This document shows, piece after piece, positions 40,585 to 50,556 of a stretch of DNA of 64,000 bases. The stretch's first letter is position 1; each line of letters starts with the position of its first letter. A program made the translations under genes and the position numbers. The stretch comes from an uncultured delta proteobacterium. GTDB lineage: Bacteria > Myxococcota_A > Polyangia > Polyangiales > Polyangiaceae. The notes under the pieces are model-generated. The model saw only the letters and a list, made by a program, of their open reading frames with translations. It was not told where the DNA came from and made no database searches. The DNA lies in the NCBI GenBank assembly GCA_963850305.1, contig CAWKKR010000008.1, positions 416,001-480,000 on the forward strand, written 5' to 3'.

Positions 40585-41402
40585 AGCCGCTCCGCGCACT
40601 CGGCGCAGCGCTACTCATCCTCGCGACGTTGCTGTCGTCGACGAGAGCGAGCGCGGACGACCAGAGCAACGAGGCGCTGTTCGAGGCCGGGGTCGCGGCG
40701 CTCGCTCACGGCTCGTACGACGACGCGATCGATCGGTTCGAGCTCATAGCGGATCGCGGCTTCTCGAACCCGGACGTCAGCTACGATCGGGCGATCGCCT
40801 ACGTGCGCCGCGCCGGATCACACGATGCGCGTCCGGGGGATCTGGGCCGCGCCGCGGCGGCGCTGTCGGAAACGCTGCTCGCGCGGCCGGGTGACGCCGA
40901 CGCGAGCATCGCGCTGGACCGGGTGCGACAGGAGATCGTCCGGCGTCGAGCGCGCGTGGGCGCAACGTCGATCGATCTCAAACCGTCCCTGGGATGGGCC
41001 GTCGTCGACCTGGTCGCCGAGAATACGTGGGCGACGATCGCCATCATTGGCTCCCTGGTCGCATCGGTCGGCATCGCCCTCGGGTGGGCGGTGCGCGGAG
41101 AAGCGGTGCGGCTGGCCGGAGTCGTTGCCACGAGTCTCGGCGCGCTCGCTGCGATGGGTGCAGGCTCGCTGGCGGCCGCTGCGCGCTACGAACGGCTGCA
41201 TCTGCGCCCCGCCGTCGTGGTGGTCGAAGAAGCGCGACTTCTCGACGAAAACGGCGCGACGATTTCCGGACCTGGAACGCGCCTTCCGGAGGGCTCCCAG
41301 GTGAGCATCACGGAGCAACGCGGCACGCTCGCACACGTCGAGTGGGGAACTCTCGACGGCTGGCTATCACTGGGTCAACTGAGACTGCTCGCCCGACCGT
41401 GA
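40581..41402 (+). CDS. batE: BatE-like TPR-TM-SH3 protein
   Basis: Signal peptide, TPR, two TMs and C-terminal LPEG...GWL SH3b-like tail. Confidence 0.8.
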   Translation: MKPLRALGAALLILATLLSSTRASADDQSNEALFEAGVAALAHGSYDDAIDRFELIADRGFSNPDVSYDRAIAYVRRAGSHDARPGDLGRAAAALSETLLARPGDADASIALDRVRQEIVRRRARVGATSIDLKPSLGWAVVDLVAENTWATIAIIGSLVASVGIALGWAVRGEAVRLAGVVATSLGALAAMGAGSLAAAARYERLHLRPAVVVVEEARLLDENGATISGPGTRLPEGSQVSITEQRGTLAHVEWGTLDGWLSLGQLRLLARP

Positions 41403-41408
41403 CGTCAA

Positions 41409-41771
41409 GCAAAGGGGGGTCTTGACCCCCGCGGCTCGCTTCGCGACCGCTCCCCCGCCGCCTTCGGCGCGCTCGTGCTCGCAAGGGGGTCTTGACCCCC
41501 GCGGCTCGCTTCGCGACCGCTCCCCCGCCGCCTTCGGCGCGCTCGTGCTCGCAAGGGGGTCTTGACCCCCGCGGCTCGCTTCGCGACCGCTCCCCCGCCG
41601 CCTTCGGCGCGCTCGTGCTCGCAAGGGGGTCTTGACCCCCGCGGCTCGCTTCGCGACCGCTCCCCCGCCGCCTTCGGCGCGCTCGTGCTCGCAAGGGGGT
41701 CTTGACCCCCGCGGCTCGCGTAGTGCAGCGCTCTTTTTTTCGGGGACGACGCGCGCGTCGATGTGAACTAC
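41409..41771. repeat. 70-bp REP/BIME-like tandem repeat (4 full copies plus a partial) with GTAG...CTAC terminal module
   Basis: Five GGGGGTCTTGACCCCC hairpins at period 70; terminal module 41720-41771 is homologous to 60077-60134. Confidence 0.95.
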
Positions 41772-41835
41772 GAACGCAAGAAATGTAGGGGACCGAATCT
41801 CGAAACTCGGGTGGACGGTTCAGGCGCCGGGATGC

Positions 41836-42429
41836 ATGCTAACTCTCGTGTGGGTCCGAGGTACCGCGATTCGCCCCGTTCCGAGCTATGCCAAAGTGGC
41901 GGAGTCTTCACTCGAGGCCGTTCGGCGAAGCCTCTCGGAGGACGACGAGGCCGTTCGAGGTCAGCTCGACGAGGCGTTCGACCGGTTCGAGCGTGAACAG
42001 CCCGCGCTTGCCGCCCACGTCGGGGACGTGCTCTCCAGCCCGCTCGACGAAACGGCGCTCGCGCTCGGGTATTTTCTCACTCTCGTCGTGTGGATGAGCT
42101 TCGAACGCGCGCACCCGAGCTACGTGGACGAGGTCACGGCGGAATCGATTCAAGCCACGGCGGAGCTGCTCGATCTGGACGAGCAACTCCGCCGCAAGGA
42201 CCCCGCCGAAGCCCTCGACACGGACGACGTCGTGGCGATGGAACAGCCGAGTCTGCTCGAGTTCGTGCACGAGCACCTGGACGCGACCCTGGACGCCCAC
42301 TCGGAGGACGTGGACGTGGACGACGTGCACGCGGTATATCGGCTGGTGCTCGTGGAGATCCTCGCGCTCTCTTACGCCGTTCGCAAACCGACCGGCTACC
42401 CCGTCGCCAAGACGGAAATGCTCGCTTGA
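41836..42429 (+). CDS. Acidic hypothetical protein
   Basis: Clean GC3-biased ORF with two EQP motifs; start may be GTG 41848. Confidence 0.75.
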   Translation: MLTLVWVRGTAIRPVPSYAKVAESSLEAVRRSLSEDDEAVRGQLDEAFDRFEREQPALAAHVGDVLSSPLDETALALGYFLTLVVWMSFERAHPSYVDEVTAESIQATAELLDLDEQLRRKDPAEALDTDDVVAMEQPSLLEFVHEHLDATLDAHSEDVDVDDVHAVYRLVLVEILALSYAVRKPTGYPVAKTEMLA

Positions 42430-42445
42430 TCGCGCGCGCGCTTCG

Positions 42446-43666
42446 ATGAAAGGCCATTCGAGGCCGAGGACGGCGAGCGCTCCCGGGGCGAAAGTCGTGG
42501 TCCGAGAGGGTCGCGAAAAGCCTTTTCGCAACCGGCATCCATGGGTGTTCTCGGGCGCGGTCGCCAGCGTCGGTGACGCCATCGTGGACGGGGAGATCGC
42601 GGACATCGTCGATGCGAACGGGGCCTTCCTCGCTCGCGGGATGGTGAATCGCCGCTCGCAGATCCTCGCCCGTGTCCTGACGTTCGACGAAAACGAGCGC
42701 ATCGACGAGGCCTTCTGGGACTCGCGTATCGCGCGCGCGGTCGCACGCCGTGGCGGACGGAACGGAACGCGACTGGTGAACGCGGAGGCGGACGGGCTCC
42801 CCGGGCTCGTGGTCGATCGCTACGGCGACTTTCTGGTCGTTCAAGCGTCGTCGCTCGGCATGGAGCGCCGCAAGGCCGAGATCGTCTCTGCGCTCGTACG
42901 GGTCACGTCGCCGCGCGGCATCTACGATCGGAGCGACACCGACGGACGGGACAAGGAGGGACTCTCGCCGTCCGCCGGTCTCCTCGCCGGAGAGGAACCC
43001 CCGGCGTTGATCGAAATCGCGGAGCCCACGTCCTCCGACCGGATCGCGACCCTTCTCGTCGACGTGCGCCACGGGCACAAGACGGGGGCGTATCTCGACC
43101 AGAGCGAGAACCGCGGGACCGTCGGCGCCTGCGCGAACGGCGCCGACGTCTTGAACCTATTTTCGTACACCGGGGGGTTCGCCGTGCACGCCGCGCTCGG
43201 GGGCGCGAAGAGCGCGATGAACGTGGACTCGTCGGCGGATGCGCTCGCGCTCGCCGAGGAGACGGCACTGCGAAACGGCGTGGCCGACCGCGTCACACAG
43301 GTGCGCGGCGACGTCTTCGACGTGCTCCGGAAGCTGCGCGACGAACACGCTTCGTTCGACGTCGTGATCGTGGATCCACCGAAGTTCGCTCACTCCGCGG
43401 CGGAGGTCGATCGCGCCGCTCGTGCGTACAAGGACCTGGCGCGCGTCAGTCTCGCGCTGGTTCGCGACGGCGGTCACCTGGTCACGTTCTCGTGCTCGGG
43501 AGCGATATCGGCGGATCTCTTCCAGAAGATCACGTTCAGCGCGTCGCTCGAAGCGCGGCGCGACGTCCGGATCGTCCGACGCCTGACTCAGGCGCCGGAC
43601 CATCCGATCTGGCTCACGTTCCCGGAGGGAGACTACCTGAAAGGCCTGCTCTGCCGCGTCGAATGA
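42446..43666 (+). CDS. rlmI: RlmI-family rRNA m5C methyltransferase
   Basis: PUA (HPWVFSG), EADGLPGLVVDRY, GHKTGAYLDQ, LNLFSYTGGF, DPPKF, TFSCS, YLK. Confidence 0.9.
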   Translation: MKGHSRPRTASAPGAKVVVREGREKPFRNRHPWVFSGAVASVGDAIVDGEIADIVDANGAFLARGMVNRRSQILARVLTFDENERIDEAFWDSRIARAVARRGGRNGTRLVNAEADGLPGLVVDRYGDFLVVQASSLGMERRKAEIVSALVRVTSPRGIYDRSDTDGRDKEGLSPSAGLLAGEEPPALIEIAEPTSSDRIATLLVDVRHGHKTGAYLDQSENRGTVGACANGADVLNLFSYTGGFAVHAALGGAKSAMNVDSSADALALAEETALRNGVADRVTQVRGDVFDVLRKLRDEHASFDVVIVDPPKFAHSAAEVDRAARAYKDLARVSLALVRDGGHLVTFSCSGAISADLFQKITFSASLEARRDVRIVRRLTQAPDHPIWLTFPEGDYLKGLLCRVE

Positions 43667-43691
43667 GGTCCCGGGTACGCCGGGGAACTGC

Positions 43692-44168
43692 TCACTTCTT
43701 CTCGGCGCGACGCCGCTCGGCGTCCGCGAGTCGGTCGGCGATCACCCTCCGAAGCTTCGGCAGATCGAAGCGCGCCGGACGGTCGCCGTCCGGCAGCAGC
43801 GCTATCTCCTGCGCGATATGATCCGCGCCATTCCGCGGTCCCTCCGGCACCTTCAGGGCGTCGGCGAGCTTCACGAGCGCGTTCAGTTCCTTCTGGTCGA
43901 CCTTGCCGTCGAGGCGCGTCATCCACGACGCCACGGCATAGACGAAGAGCCGATCCTCGCGACTCAGCGTGGACCGATCGATCGCCCCGATGTCGACCGG
44001 GGACTTCGTGGCGCGCTCGATCTCTTCGATCTCTTCGAGCTCGAGCCCCTCTTCGAGTGCCGTCCGGACTATGGCGTCCGCTTCTTCCGCGTCCAGGTGA
44101 CCATCAGCCCACCCGACCGCGGCAAGCGCGATGAATACGTCGCGCCCCAGGCGCTTCTTCTGCTCCAT
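43692..44168 (-). CDS. TerB-family (tellurite-resistance-like) protein
   Basis: Duplicated WADGHLDAEE / LDGKVDQKE motifs; GGAGG RBS. Confidence 0.8.
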   Translation of the reverse strand: MEQKKRLGRDVFIALAAVGWADGHLDAEEADAIVRTALEEGLELEEIEEIERATKSPVDIGAIDRSTLSREDRLFVYAVASWMTRLDGKVDQKELNALVKLADALKVPEGPRNGADHIAQEIALLPDGDRPARFDLPKLRRVIADRLADAERRRAEKK

Positions 44169-44200
44169 GAAAGCCTCCGTAACCGACTACCCTATCACCG

Positions 44201-44455
44201 ATGACGACCCCGGTGATGCTCTTCTACTTCGCGGGAGTCCGCGATCTCGTCGGGCGCGGTGAGGAGCGCATCGAATTACCCGAGGACGTCCGGACCATCG
44301 CGGATCTCGCGCGTTTTCTCGAAGGTCATCGACCGAGCCTGGCCGGGCGCCTCCACGCGGTCCGCTTTGCGGTGAACGAGGCCTTCGTGGAGCCGCGAGA
44401 GGTCTTGCGTCGGGGGGATGTCGTCGCGCTCATCCCGCCCGTTTCCGGTGGGTGA
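44201..44455 (+). CDS. moaD: MoaD/ThiS sulfur carrier
   Basis: YFAGVRD...AVNE...GDVVALIPPVSGG C-terminal di-Gly. Confidence 0.93.
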   Translation: MTTPVMLFYFAGVRDLVGRGEERIELPEDVRTIADLARFLEGHRPSLAGRLHAVRFAVNEAFVEPREVLRRGDVVALIPPVSGG

Positions 44456-44462
44456 ACGGCGC

Positions 44463-44834
44463 TCAAGGGGGAACGAGCTTCTTCACCTTCTGCAGGAGAA
44501 CCTCCAGCTTGAATGGCTTCGTCAGGTAGTGCTTCGCGCCGACCTGGATGCCCCGCACCACGTCCAGACTTCGATCCTGCGCCGTGAGAAAGATGATCGG
44601 GATCTTGCCGAGAGTGGATGAGCCCTTCATCGACTGGGCAATGGCGAAGCCGTCCTTGTTCGGCAGGTTCACGTCGAGGAGGACGAGATCCGGGCCATAC
44701 GTCGTCGCAGTCGAGATCGCTTGCCCGCCGTCGGTCACGACGGAGACGTCGTAGAGACGGGCGAGCGTCTTCGAGAGGAGCTCCGCAATCGCGGGATCGT
44801 CCTCGACGATCAGGATCCTTCGCTTCGCTGCCAT
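44463..44834 (-). CDS. Single-domain response regulator
   Basis: ILIVEDD, LLDVNLP, IIFLTA, YLTKPF. Confidence 0.93.
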   Translation of the reverse strand: MAAKRRILIVEDDPAIAELLSKTLARLYDVSVVTDGGQAISTATTYGPDLVLLDVNLPNKDGFAIAQSMKGSSTLGKIPIIFLTAQDRSLDVVRGIQVGAKHYLTKPFKLEVLLQKVKKLVPP

Positions 44835-45039
44835 ACCCGAAGATCCGACTAACACGGATCGGCCAGATGAACGATCAAGAGCGAGCGAGAAACGCCCGGG
44901 GCTCGGCCTCCGCCGGCGCGGGGCCCTGGATCCGCGCGCAAGTTCTGAAAAATAAGGCGCCCGATGCCAATCGACCCGCGGTACGGAATCGTACCAGCGT
45001 GTCGCGGCCCGTCTTCAGGCCGGTGTAGGCTCAGCGCGG

Positions 45040-45978
45040 GTGACGGCTCCCGCGTTCAGGATCGGCGTCGACGAGAACGGCCTCGGAGCACGGCTCGGGC
45101 CCCTCGTCGTCACCGCGGTGCTGGCCCGCGTCGATGAGCGGGGCGAGCGCGTCTTGTCGCGCAAGCCACCGAACCGGATGAGGCTCGAACTCGCCGACTC
45201 GAAAGCCGTAGTGTCGCACGGGGACGTGGCGCTCGGGGAAGCGTGGGCGCGCGTGCTCGCGGGCCGCGCGCTCGCGACGCCGGATGAAGTCTTCGAGCGT
45301 CTCTCGCTCGAGTCGCGAGCCACCCTGCGCTCACCCTGTCCGTCGCACGTGGAACATCAGTGCTGGTCCGCGTCGCGTGAAGCGTTTGCCGCGGACGACG
45401 AGCGACTCGACCGCATCGCCGGACATATTTCATGGTGGGCCGAGCGCGGCATCGAAATCGTCGCGGTCAAGACCACCATCGTCTGCACCAAGCATCTGAA
45501 CGACGGGAAGCGCGCCGGCGGAAACCGGTTCGTGTCCGATCTGCACGCGATGGAACGCCTCGTCATCGAGTTACGTCGCGTGGCCGGAAGTGACGTCACC
45601 GCCGTCTGCGGAAAAGTGGGCGGGATGGACGACTATTCGAAGTTCTTCGGTCCGCTGTCGTACCGGCTGCACTCCGTGATCGCGCGCGGCAAGAAGCTCA
45701 GCGCCTATCATTTCCCCGGGATCGGCGAGCTGAGGTTCGAGCGGGACGCGGACGCCCGTGATTCGCTCGTGATGCTCGCCTCCCTCGTCGGAAAGTACGT
45801 CCGGGAGCTCCTCATGGCCCGCGTCTCGGGCTTCTACGACGCGGGCGACCCGGAGCTCGCGAGCGTCAGCGGCTATAACGATCCGCTCACCGCGCGGTTC
45901 GTGTCGAAGACCGCGCTCGCCCGGCGAGAGCGCCTTGTCCCAGCCGATTGTTTCGAGCGACTTCGCGACGTCAAATGA
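45040..45978 (+). CDS. Divergent RNase HII-like protein
   Basis: IGVDENGLGARLGPLVV, DSK, ASLVGKYVRE, SGY. Confidence 0.7.
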   Translation: MTAPAFRIGVDENGLGARLGPLVVTAVLARVDERGERVLSRKPPNRMRLELADSKAVVSHGDVALGEAWARVLAGRALATPDEVFERLSLESRATLRSPCPSHVEHQCWSASREAFAADDERLDRIAGHISWWAERGIEIVAVKTTIVCTKHLNDGKRAGGNRFVSDLHAMERLVIELRRVAGSDVTAVCGKVGGMDDYSKFFGPLSYRLHSVIARGKKLSAYHFPGIGELRFERDADARDSLVMLASLVGKYVRELLMARVSGFYDAGDPELASVSGYNDPLTARFVSKTALARRERLVPADCFERLRDVK

Positions 45979-47399
45979 CCGAACGCATCGTCGGCGGCTC
46001 ACTGCCCCGCGAGGTGGCTCGCTTCGGCGCGCCACTCGCGCTCGGGATGGGATTGCAGACGACCTTCAACCTCGTCGACGCCTACATTCTCGGGCGACTC
46101 GAACCCGGCACGGCGGGCGCCGCGCTCGGCGCGATCGGGATCTGCGACCAGCTCGCCGCGCTGGGCACCATCGTGAGCTATGGCCTCTCCGTCGCGACGG
46201 CGGCGATCCTCTCCCGAAAGAAGGGCGAAGGCGACCTCGACGCCATCCCCCGCGTCGCCTGGCAGTCTCTCCTCTTCATCCTGGGACTGTCAGCGGTGTT
46301 CGCTCTGGTCGCCGTGTTCGGCGCCGGCACGCTGATGCATCGAGTGGTCGGCGCCAAGGGACGTGTGGCCACGTTCGGCACCTCCTATCTGCGGGTGATG
46401 GTCGGCGGCAGCGCGACCATCTTCCTGCTGTTGCACCTGACGACCATCCAGCGAGCCCTCGGAAGCTCGAAGACGCCGATCTCCATGTTGGTTGGTGCGA
46501 ATTTGCTGAATCTCGTGCTCGCGGTTCTGCTCGTGTACGGCCCAGGTCCGGCTCCCGAGGTTTTCGCCTGGGGACCGCCGATCGCGAGGGCGCTCGGGCT
46601 GCCGCGACTCGAGCTCATGGGCGCCGCATGGGCGACGATCCTCGCGCGCGCCGTTTTCCTCGTCCCGACGTTCATCATACTCGTGCGCCGCTTCGGGATT
46701 TTTCGCCGTCCGAGCTGGGTGCTGCCTCATCGCGAGACCCTGAAGAGCATCTTCGCCGTGGGATGGCCGACGAGCGTGCAGCTCGTCGTCCGCATCCTCG
46801 CGATGCTCACCATCCACTCCATCGTCGCACGCGCTTACACGACCAATACCGACCAGTCCGCGACCACCGCGCTCGGCATCGTGTTCAGACTGGAAACCAT
46901 GGCGATCTTCGTCGGGCTCGGCTGGGGCAGCGCCGCGCAGACCTTCGTCGGTCAGAATATCGGAGCAGGCAGCCCGGCGCGAGCGCAGGCGAGCGGCTGG
47001 TACGCAACGGTATTCAACGCCGGCATGATGGCGGCCCTCGCTCTTGCTTACCGGATCTTCGGCCCGGCGATCGTCGCATTCTTCGACGGGGCGCCGAGCG
47101 TCGTTCATTTCGCCACGGGGTACCTCCACTGGGTCGGACCCAGCTACATCGCGCTCGGCGTGGGAATCGTGCTGGGCTCGGCGATTCAGGGCGCGGGCGC
47201 GACGAAACAGACGCTCCGGCTCGACACGCTCGTCGTGTGCCTCCTCCAGGTTCCGGCAAGCCTTCTGGTCGTCTTCGGCTGGAACCTGGGCCCCGAACGG
47301 CTCTGGCAGGTGCTCGACGCGACCTACGTGATCTACGCCCTCGTATACGTGATGAGCTACCGTCGAGGGACGCACCTCGGCGTCGCCGTCGTTTCGTAG
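45975..47399 (+). CDS. MATE family efflux transporter
   Basis: FNLVDAYILGRL, ~12 TMs, QTFVGQNIGAG. Confidence 0.92.
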   Translation: MTERIVGGSLPREVARFGAPLALGMGLQTTFNLVDAYILGRLEPGTAGAALGAIGICDQLAALGTIVSYGLSVATAAILSRKKGEGDLDAIPRVAWQSLLFILGLSAVFALVAVFGAGTLMHRVVGAKGRVATFGTSYLRVMVGGSATIFLLLHLTTIQRALGSSKTPISMLVGANLLNLVLAVLLVYGPGPAPEVFAWGPPIARALGLPRLELMGAAWATILARAVFLVPTFIILVRRFGIFRRPSWVLPHRETLKSIFAVGWPTSVQLVVRILAMLTIHSIVARAYTTNTDQSATTALGIVFRLETMAIFVGLGWGSAAQTFVGQNIGAGSPARAQASGWYATVFNAGMMAALALAYRIFGPAIVAFFDGAPSVVHFATGYLHWVGPSYIALGVGIVLGSAIQGAGATKQTLRLDTLVVCLLQVPASLLVVFGWNLGPERLWQVLDATYVIYALVYVMSYRRGTHLGVAVVS

Positions 47400-47432
47400 T
47401 CCCGCATCGGGCAAGGCCCCCCCTTTCCTAGG
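47396..47432. repeat. Truncated REP-like copy overlapping the MATE stop codon
   Basis: GTAGTCCCGCATCG matches GTAGTTCCGCATCG (60134->60121), followed by the reverse complement of CTAGGAAAGGGGGGGCCTT (cf. 59878). Confidence 0.55.
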
Positions 47433-47488
47433 AGTCGGGGCAAGAGACGCCTCTTGGCGACGGCAGCACCTTGCCCGAGACTCGCGCC

Positions 47489-48385
47489 ATGAAGGAAAAG
47501 GCGAGAACCATCACCCCGCCGGGCGCCGACTATCAGATCCACGTCATCGGCGAGCACCCGCGCCCGCTCATGGATTTCTACCACGGGCTGATGCGCCTCT
47601 CCTGGACCGCCACCCTCTTCGTGGTGGCCTGCGCGTTCACCCTGACGAATGCTCTCTTTGCACTCGGCTTTCTCGCCACGGGCGGCATCGCGCACTCGGA
47701 TGGAACCTTCGCGGACGCATTTTTCTTCAGCGTCCAGACGATGGGCACCATCGGCTACGGCGCGATGTTCCCAGCGAGTCGCGCGGCGAACGAGCTCGTG
47801 GTCCTCGAGTCCATCGTGAGCCTCATCTTGACGGCGCTCACGACGGGACTCGTCTTTGCCAAGTTCTCGCGCCCGACGGCCCGCGTGGTCTTCACCAAAG
47901 AAGCCGTGATCTCACCGGTGAATGGCGTCCCCATGCTCATGCTCAGGCTCGGCAACGAGCGTGGCAACCAGATCGTCGACGCGAGCATCCGCGCGGTCAT
48001 GCTCCGCACGGAACAGCTCGCGGAGGGAGGCTCGTTCTATCGCATGGTCGATCTGAAGCTCACCCGCGATCACGCGCTGTCGCTCAATCGGTCGTGGAGC
48101 GTGATGCACCCGATCGACGAGAAGAGCCCGCTGTTCGGCGAAACACCCGAGACGTTCGTCGAGAAGAACGTCGAGGTGCAAGTGATGCTGGTGGGTCTCG
48201 ACGACACCTCCATGCAGATCATTCACGCGAGCCACCGGTATTTCAGCCGTCAGATCCTCTGGGGCCGGCGCCACGTGGACGTGCTCACGGAGCTGGACGA
48301 CGGCGCGATGCAGCTCGACCTGCGGCGGTTTCACACCGTCGAACCGAGCGTCCCCACACGGGAGTTTCCGTACCCGTCTCCATAG
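47489..48385 (+). CDS. KirBac-type inward rectifier K+ channel
   Basis: AFFFSVQTMGTIGYG selectivity filter, FAKFSRP, WSVMHPIDEKSPL. Confidence 0.95.
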   Translation: MKEKARTITPPGADYQIHVIGEHPRPLMDFYHGLMRLSWTATLFVVACAFTLTNALFALGFLATGGIAHSDGTFADAFFFSVQTMGTIGYGAMFPASRAANELVVLESIVSLILTALTTGLVFAKFSRPTARVVFTKEAVISPVNGVPMLMLRLGNERGNQIVDASIRAVMLRTEQLAEGGSFYRMVDLKLTRDHALSLNRSWSVMHPIDEKSPLFGETPETFVEKNVEVQVMLVGLDDTSMQIIHASHRYFSRQILWGRRHVDVLTELDDGAMQLDLRRFHTVEPSVPTREFPYPSP

Positions 48386-48458
48386 CGCGCTCAATTTCCG
48401 CGAGAGCTCGACGTCTGCCCCGATGACTTCGGAGCTTCGAGGATGATCGGGTCTCGAT

Positions 48459-48818
48459 TCAACCACCCGCCACGCACGTCCACATCGCGCTGGCCTGTGA
48501 ATCGCACCCGGCTATGGAGACTTGCCCGCTGGCGTTGCAGGTGTACGTGGGCTTCGCTCCGCCGCAATCGGCGAGGGTCTGGTAAAGGGCTCCGCAGGTT
48601 CCCGCACGAACCGTTTCGCATCCCGTGACGCAATCGGACTGCGACGTCGGCCCCACGGCACACTTCGCGGCAAGAATGGAGGGACAGACCGCGTCGCAGC
48701 TCGGGATCTCGTTGCCGGCGCCGCCATCGGGCGACGCGCCGCCTCCCGACGAACCTCCGCCGCACCCGGCGAAGACGCAAGCAACCAACCAGACAAGGAC
48801 GACTCGACCCGGCATCAT
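48459..48818 (-). CDS. Small Cys-rich lipoprotein
   Basis: FAG-C lipobox, Gly linker and about 10 Cys. Confidence 0.75.
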   Translation of the reverse strand: MMPGRVVLVWLVACVFAGCGGGSSGGGASPDGGAGNEIPSCDAVCPSILAAKCAVGPTSQSDCVTGCETVRAGTCGALYQTLADCGGAKPTYTCNASGQVSIAGCDSQASAMWTCVAGG

Positions 48819-48878
48819 ACCGCGATGATACCCGCTTTTGCGGGGCGCGTGGCTTCAGGAATGACGGAACGCGCGGCG

Positions 48879-49292
48879 TCAGGCCTTCGCGATGATCTGA
48901 TCGACGATCTGCTTCGCGAAGTCCTTGTCCCATTCGACGAGGTTCTTCTTCGCAGACACCTCCACCTTCGTCAGCTTCGGTCCCTCGCTGCTGAGCGAAA
49001 CCGTGACGTCCAGCCCACTTTTCTTGCCGTCGTATTCGCGGTGATCACCGCCATTCTTGGTCGATTGGGTGTCGATGGCGATTCCGTTCTGTGCCAGCAC
49101 GTCCTTCGTCTTGGCGGCGACATCGTCGATCGGACGGCCGAGCGTCGACTCGGTGCCACGGGAAGTGAAATACACTGCCGAAGCTGCTCCGGCTCCGACC
49201 GCTGCGGCAACGCACCCGTAGCCCGCCGTGATGGCGGCCAAAAAGACCAGCAGGTGACGCCACACTACCTTTTTGCCGTTCCGTTGACTCAT
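48879..49292 (-). CDS. DUF3568-like lipoprotein
   Basis: GCVAAAVGAGA signal, then a small alpha/beta domain ending WDKDFAKQIVDQI. Confidence 0.7.
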   Translation of the reverse strand: MSQRNGKKVVWRHLLVFLAAITAGYGCVAAAVGAGAASAVYFTSRGTESTLGRPIDDVAAKTKDVLAQNGIAIDTQSTKNGGDHREYDGKKSGLDVTVSLSSEGPKLTKVEVSAKKNLVEWDKDFAKQIVDQIIAKA

Positions 49293-49365
49293 ACAAGGGG
49301 TCGTAGGACCGGGCGGGAGCATGACAAGCATGCGCGAACGGCCGACTTCGAACCGCGTTTCGCCG

Positions 49366-50292
49366 TCATGTGGAAGTCCATGACGGTCTGCTCGTCGAGG
49401 CGTCGTCGGATGTGCGGCTCGGGCCGGACGCAGTCGAGCGCTCTTCACTCACGTGGAGGATTCGCCGATCGATAGCGTCGAGTACGGCGCCCGCGCCGAT
49501 GCCGGCGAACTTTCTGGCAAAGAGCTTTCGGGACGCACCGAGAGCGTCGATGTCGCCGATCTCGAGGATGGCAGGGTAAGGTGGATCGGGTCGGTCCCAG
49601 AGCGCGAATCTCAGATCGTCCGGGACAACGTTCGGGGCAAAGGGCGAGTTTGCAACCACGGTCTGGAAGTACGCTTCGTCCGGGATGAACACGTGCCCGA
49701 AATACCGAACGACATCGGGCCGGGTTCGTGAGAGCTGCTCCACGTATTCCACGCAGGGACGCGACAAGCACCACCACTGAGATCCCCCGTGCGGCACCAG
49801 GTCTTTCGGAAACCTGCGACCAACGGGCAGCGACAGTCGTCTAGAGCGGTACCAGAGATGGTATCGTCGCACGCGACGGGTCGCCTGAAATGCACCCGCC
49901 TGCCGCGTCCATCGGTTCGGGCGCTCGAGGGGAAACGCTTCGATGAACTCCGCGCCCTCCTGACGCGCGAGAAAAGCACCGATCTGCGCCGGCGTTCGAA
50001 GAGGATAATCCTGTCCGGAGAGCAGCACCGCATAGTCGTACGTTTCCCGCGAGCGTACGAGCGCTCGCACGCATTCGAGCGTCGCACCGACGATACCGAA
50101 TCCGCCCCAGTAGCACCGGTGCCGTGGCACGAACGAGCATCCGGGAAATTGCGTCCGGACGACGGCGAACGACTCCACGTCTGCTCGAGCATCCACGTGC
50201 ACGAACACCAGGGGCTCGGGGCCGAGACGGCTGACCAATCGGCACAGATGGTCCGGGTCGCGGTGGGCGAGGATGAGGTATGCGATACGCAA
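49366..50292 (-). CDS. Core-2/I-branching (GT14) glycosyltransferase
   Basis: IAYLILAH, VHVD, WGG, LLSGQDYPL, GSQWW, PDEAYFQT, FARKF; TTG start inferred. Confidence 0.92.
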   Translation of the reverse strand: MRIAYLILAHRDPDHLCRLVSRLGPEPLVFVHVDARADVESFAVVRTQFPGCSFVPRHRCYWGGFGIVGATLECVRALVRSRETYDYAVLLSGQDYPLRTPAQIGAFLARQEGAEFIEAFPLERPNRWTRQAGAFQATRRVRRYHLWYRSRRLSLPVGRRFPKDLVPHGGSQWWCLSRPCVEYVEQLSRTRPDVVRYFGHVFIPDEAYFQTVVANSPFAPNVVPDDLRFALWDRPDPPYPAILEIGDIDALGASRKLFARKFAGIGAGAVLDAIDRRILHVSEERSTASGPSRTSDDASTSRPSWTST

Positions 50293-50463
50293 CTCGAGAA
50301 AGCTGGTGTCCTGAACTCGTGGATGTAACCCCGCAAACGGGAGTCGGCGGGCTGACCTACGGACGCTGCGCTTCCCCGGACCGGCCACTGGCAGACCCAG
50401 CTTGCTGGAGGCGCCGCGGACGCAAAGCGACCGACGGCAACCGTCAGGTTCAGCGGCTAGCGA

Positions 50464-50556
50464 TCACACGCGACGGAGCCAGATACCCGGATCGCGTTTG
50501 CCATGGAATACGGCAAGTACGACGACGACGTCGGGCGTGACGATGAGAGCTTTCAT
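50464..50556 (-). pseudogene. Internally deleted RelE/ParE toxin (30 aa, in frame)
   Basis: MKALIVTPD-VVVVLAVFHGKRDPGIWLRRV*; ATG overlaps the antitoxin stop (ATGA). Confidence 0.75.
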
